NCBI GenBank assembly: GCA_950097015.1
Contig: CATNEN010000038.1
Coordinates: 27,094,001-27,158,000, forward strand
DNA: 64,000 nucleotides
Origin: Macrostomum hystrix
Taxonomy: Eukaryota; Animalia; Platyhelminthes
Reading direction: 5' to 3'
The stretch's first letter is position 1. Every line of letters starts with the position of its first letter. The notes beneath the pieces were generated by a model. That model searched no databases and was not told where the DNA came from. It saw only the letters and a list, made by a program, of their open reading frames with translations. A program made the translations under genes and the position numbers. Positions 61,224 to 64,000 of the stretch are shown here, one piece after another.

Positions 61224-62190
61224 TCACCTCAAGGCCTGGGGATACACCACATTCTTCGTTCTTCCCCTTGGTGCGAAAATGAATAGGCCAGCTGGAGTTC
61301 CAACACGGGAGCAGGCGACATAAAGCTGCCCATGCGAGAAGCAAGGAGTCTCCAGGTTGATGCCAGCTACCTTCAGCGACTGTCCCTGAGCCTTGTTAAT
61401 AGTCATCGCAAAGCACACTCTCACAGGGAACTGCAGTCGCTTGAACTGAAATGGCAGGTCCGTGGGGATAATTGGAATCCGGGGAATGAACACAGACTCT
61501 CCTCTGCCAGATCCAGTCATTATCGTGGCCTCAATCACGTGTGGGAAGAGCCGCCTGACTATCAGTCTGGTGCCGTTACACAGCCTTGGCGCATTCAGGT
61601 TGCGGAGGAGCATAATTGGTGCCCCAACTTTCAGCTGCAAGTTGTGCGATGGAGTTCCAGGAGGATCTAGAGAGTTCAGAAACTCAACAGGATACTCCAC
61701 AGCGGTGTCATCAGTCAACGTTGTATCAATTGACTTGTAGGTGAAAACTGCACCTGGCAACTCCTGAAGCAGTTGGTAGTTAATTTCGTTGGCGGCATCA
61801 TTTCTAGGACACAGAATTGCCCTCTCTGACAGCCAGTCAACGTCAGCATATCGAACCATCAGGTTCGGGTAAACTTTTGCCTTGAGCTCCTGCACTGACT
61901 GCACAATGGTTCCGATTGTAGCGATCGATGACTGCCCATCCTCGGTGCTAATCTCCAGCAGACCATTGCCGATTCGCAATAGATTGGCAGAGAACTCATG
62001 AGCTGTTTCGTCTCCTTGAATTGTAGCTCTCATGTTTGTTCGTAGGTGCAACTTCACAACCGATGGCCACAGGTGAGATGATTTTAGGCAAGCATTAATC
62101 TCATCAGCAGGAGTGCCACGCGGAATCACAGGCAGCGTCTGTCTAAAGTCTCCAGACAGCAGCAGAGTGACACCACCCATCAGTTGATCG
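61224..62190 (-). CDS. Helitron PIF1-family helicase, C-terminal half (uninterrupted frame, Rep domain and motifs I/II missing)
   Basis: LSGDFRQTLPV, LRTNMR, RAILCPRN, LKVGAPIMLLRNL...LCNGTRL, RLQFPVRVCFAMTINKAQGQS, CFSHGQLYVACSRV, TKNVVY. Confidence 0.92.
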
Positions 62191-63330
62191 CCAGCCTCTC
62201 TCTTTCTTCTATCCCAGGCTGGCTGGAGAGAAATATCGCCCTGCGCACTGGGACGCCACCGCACTCACCGCACTCAGTCTCAGTGCTGCTTGGGGGCCAG
62301 TAGACAATCTAGGGGTTTGGGCTGTGTACATTCACGGCTTGAAATACAATGTACAGTCTGGGGCTTCGGCGCCCGGGGAAGGGAGGGGGTGGCTGTAATA
62401 AAATTTGGCCCGCAGAGTGGCGGAGGGGAGTTGGGGTGGCTGTCCTCGGAAAACAAAAAGTGACTCACTTTGAGATGATGCAGCTTTGCTCTGGATTGAG
62501 TAGAGATGTTCAAAATTGACAGCATTGTTGGAAAACATGTAAAGTGTAAGTGGATCAAATTTGGAGAAAATCTGACAAAGTGGGGCGACGATATGTCAAA
62601 TTGAGTGATTTTTTGACGATTTTTGAGCAGTTTTATGCACTTTTGAGCAGGAAGGAAATGATTTTTCGGGAATTTGAGTAGCCTATTGCACTCAGCGTAG
62701 GTGGTTTTAGGTATGTGCAAAGTTTGGTGCGATTTGGTTGAGCGGTTTCGGCGTCCATAAAGACAAAAGGTTGCACACACACACACACACACAGACAGAC
62801 AGAGTTTTCACTTTTATATATATAGATTTATATTTGCCATAACAACAACCTGGCAAACAACACAATCATCCATTGCTTTGCCCTCCCTTTAGAATTCACA
62901 AAGACTTAAATTCTGATCCATAGAAAAGAACACTTAACATTTTTGAAAACTTCCATTAATGATAATATTAAACAAAAATTGAATGTTTACTAAAATTATA
63001 TAAATGTTTAGCATCATAAATACACTTTTTATAATAAAAAATGTTTAAGAAAGAATATTTTAACAGTTGTTAGGCCTATATATTTTTTAAAAAGTTGTTT
63101 TGTTTGACAGCAGATGAAATGACTGCAGACTAAATGACCACACACCTGTTTAACTAGTCTACTTCCAAAAATTTCAGAAATACTAAAGACAATTATTGTC
63201 CTAATAGGGCCTATACAATTTTTTTGTTTTTCAGATTTTCAGTTTTAAGCTCAATAATGTGTTCTCTTTTTATATATATTCTTCTTTTCACTATTTATTT
63301 ATGTACAAATCAATATATTATATTATCTTC

Positions 63331-63361
<31 letters not shown>

Positions 63362-64000
63362 CTATAGTTCTAAGCTTGAGCAATTATATAGACAATTCCT
63401 GAGAGGAACCAATAAAAATAGAGTTATTTTAATAAAACCCAATATATTGACTAGACAATTCTTTGTTCATTAGTATCCCTAAATACATTTTGAATCATAA
63501 AAACCAGTGCACAATTTCAAAGGGTGTCTTGCTGCTTGGAGACAATATAATTACCTAATGATAGGCCTAACAAAGTGATTTAATAATATTAAATAGGTGT
63601 CAATTTATTTAAATATAGTGATGAAAATTTTTAAGTAAAATTAGAAATTGGCTTATATAAAAAGCTGAGGGTTATCCTACAAAAAATAGAAATCTCCCAG
63701 AAACAAAAGTTTGCAATAAGCATAAATTGATAGTCAGCAAAAAGCCTGCAACAATAAAATGATGATGCAGATGTAGAATTAGAATAAGCCTTTGATAATT
63801 TTGGTCAGTGCTGGTTCAATACAGGCCCAATGATCTTTCAAGAAGTCTGCTGGTTTGGATATATTTTATAGGTCAGATTTAAAACGAATTCATGACCACT
63901 TAAAAAATAGTTACAAAAACTTTAACAATATTTCTCTAATTTACTTTAATTGGACAGATAGCTGACATAGCCTAGCAGCCACTAGGCCTAATGTGCATTG

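Larger units (their letters stand above)
60562..62826 (-). mobile_element. Helitron, internally deleted, both termini intact
   Basis: On the - strand it starts A|TCTATATATATAAAA (62826) and ends with a GCCC-loop-GGGC hairpin + aagaaaagCTAG|T (60562), i.e. an A/T insertion site without TSD; contains a PIF1 helicase fragment. Confidence 0.92.

Overview
Eukaryotic (metazoan, probably invertebrate) genomic window with spliceosomal GT-AG genes. The minisatellite-filled introns, GC-rich low-complexity exons and tRNA/CORE SINEs are reminiscent of a free-living flatworm such as Macrostomum, but the taxon is inference only. Genes assembled by hand with phase-consistent splice sites: the 5' half of a DnaJA1-type co-chaperone (- strand, with an HSE promoter); a 10-exon gene for a single-CUT-domain protein lacking a homeodomain (-); a complete 12-exon BAZ1B/WSTF-like gene with WAC, DDT, WHIM, 2 PHD and bromodomain regions (-); a PAN + C-type lectin gene with a frameshift (+); and a tentative orphan signal-anchored gene (-). 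Mobile DNA: two tRNA-derived SINE families (one CORE-type), three hAT-type MITE families with 8-bp TSDs, a TTAA-flanked TIR element, a decayed non-LTR RT, a Merlin/IS1016-like relic, and an internally deleted Helitron with both termini intact. More than 20 different minisatellites are present. Most notable: (1) a dense, apparently bidirectional heat-shock-element/TATA promoter at 32.6-33.1 kb with no heat-shock protein ORF on either side; (2) many unrelated minisatellite units built around AG|GT splice signals; (3) the homeodomain-less CUT protein. No database searches were run; family calls come from motif recognition.
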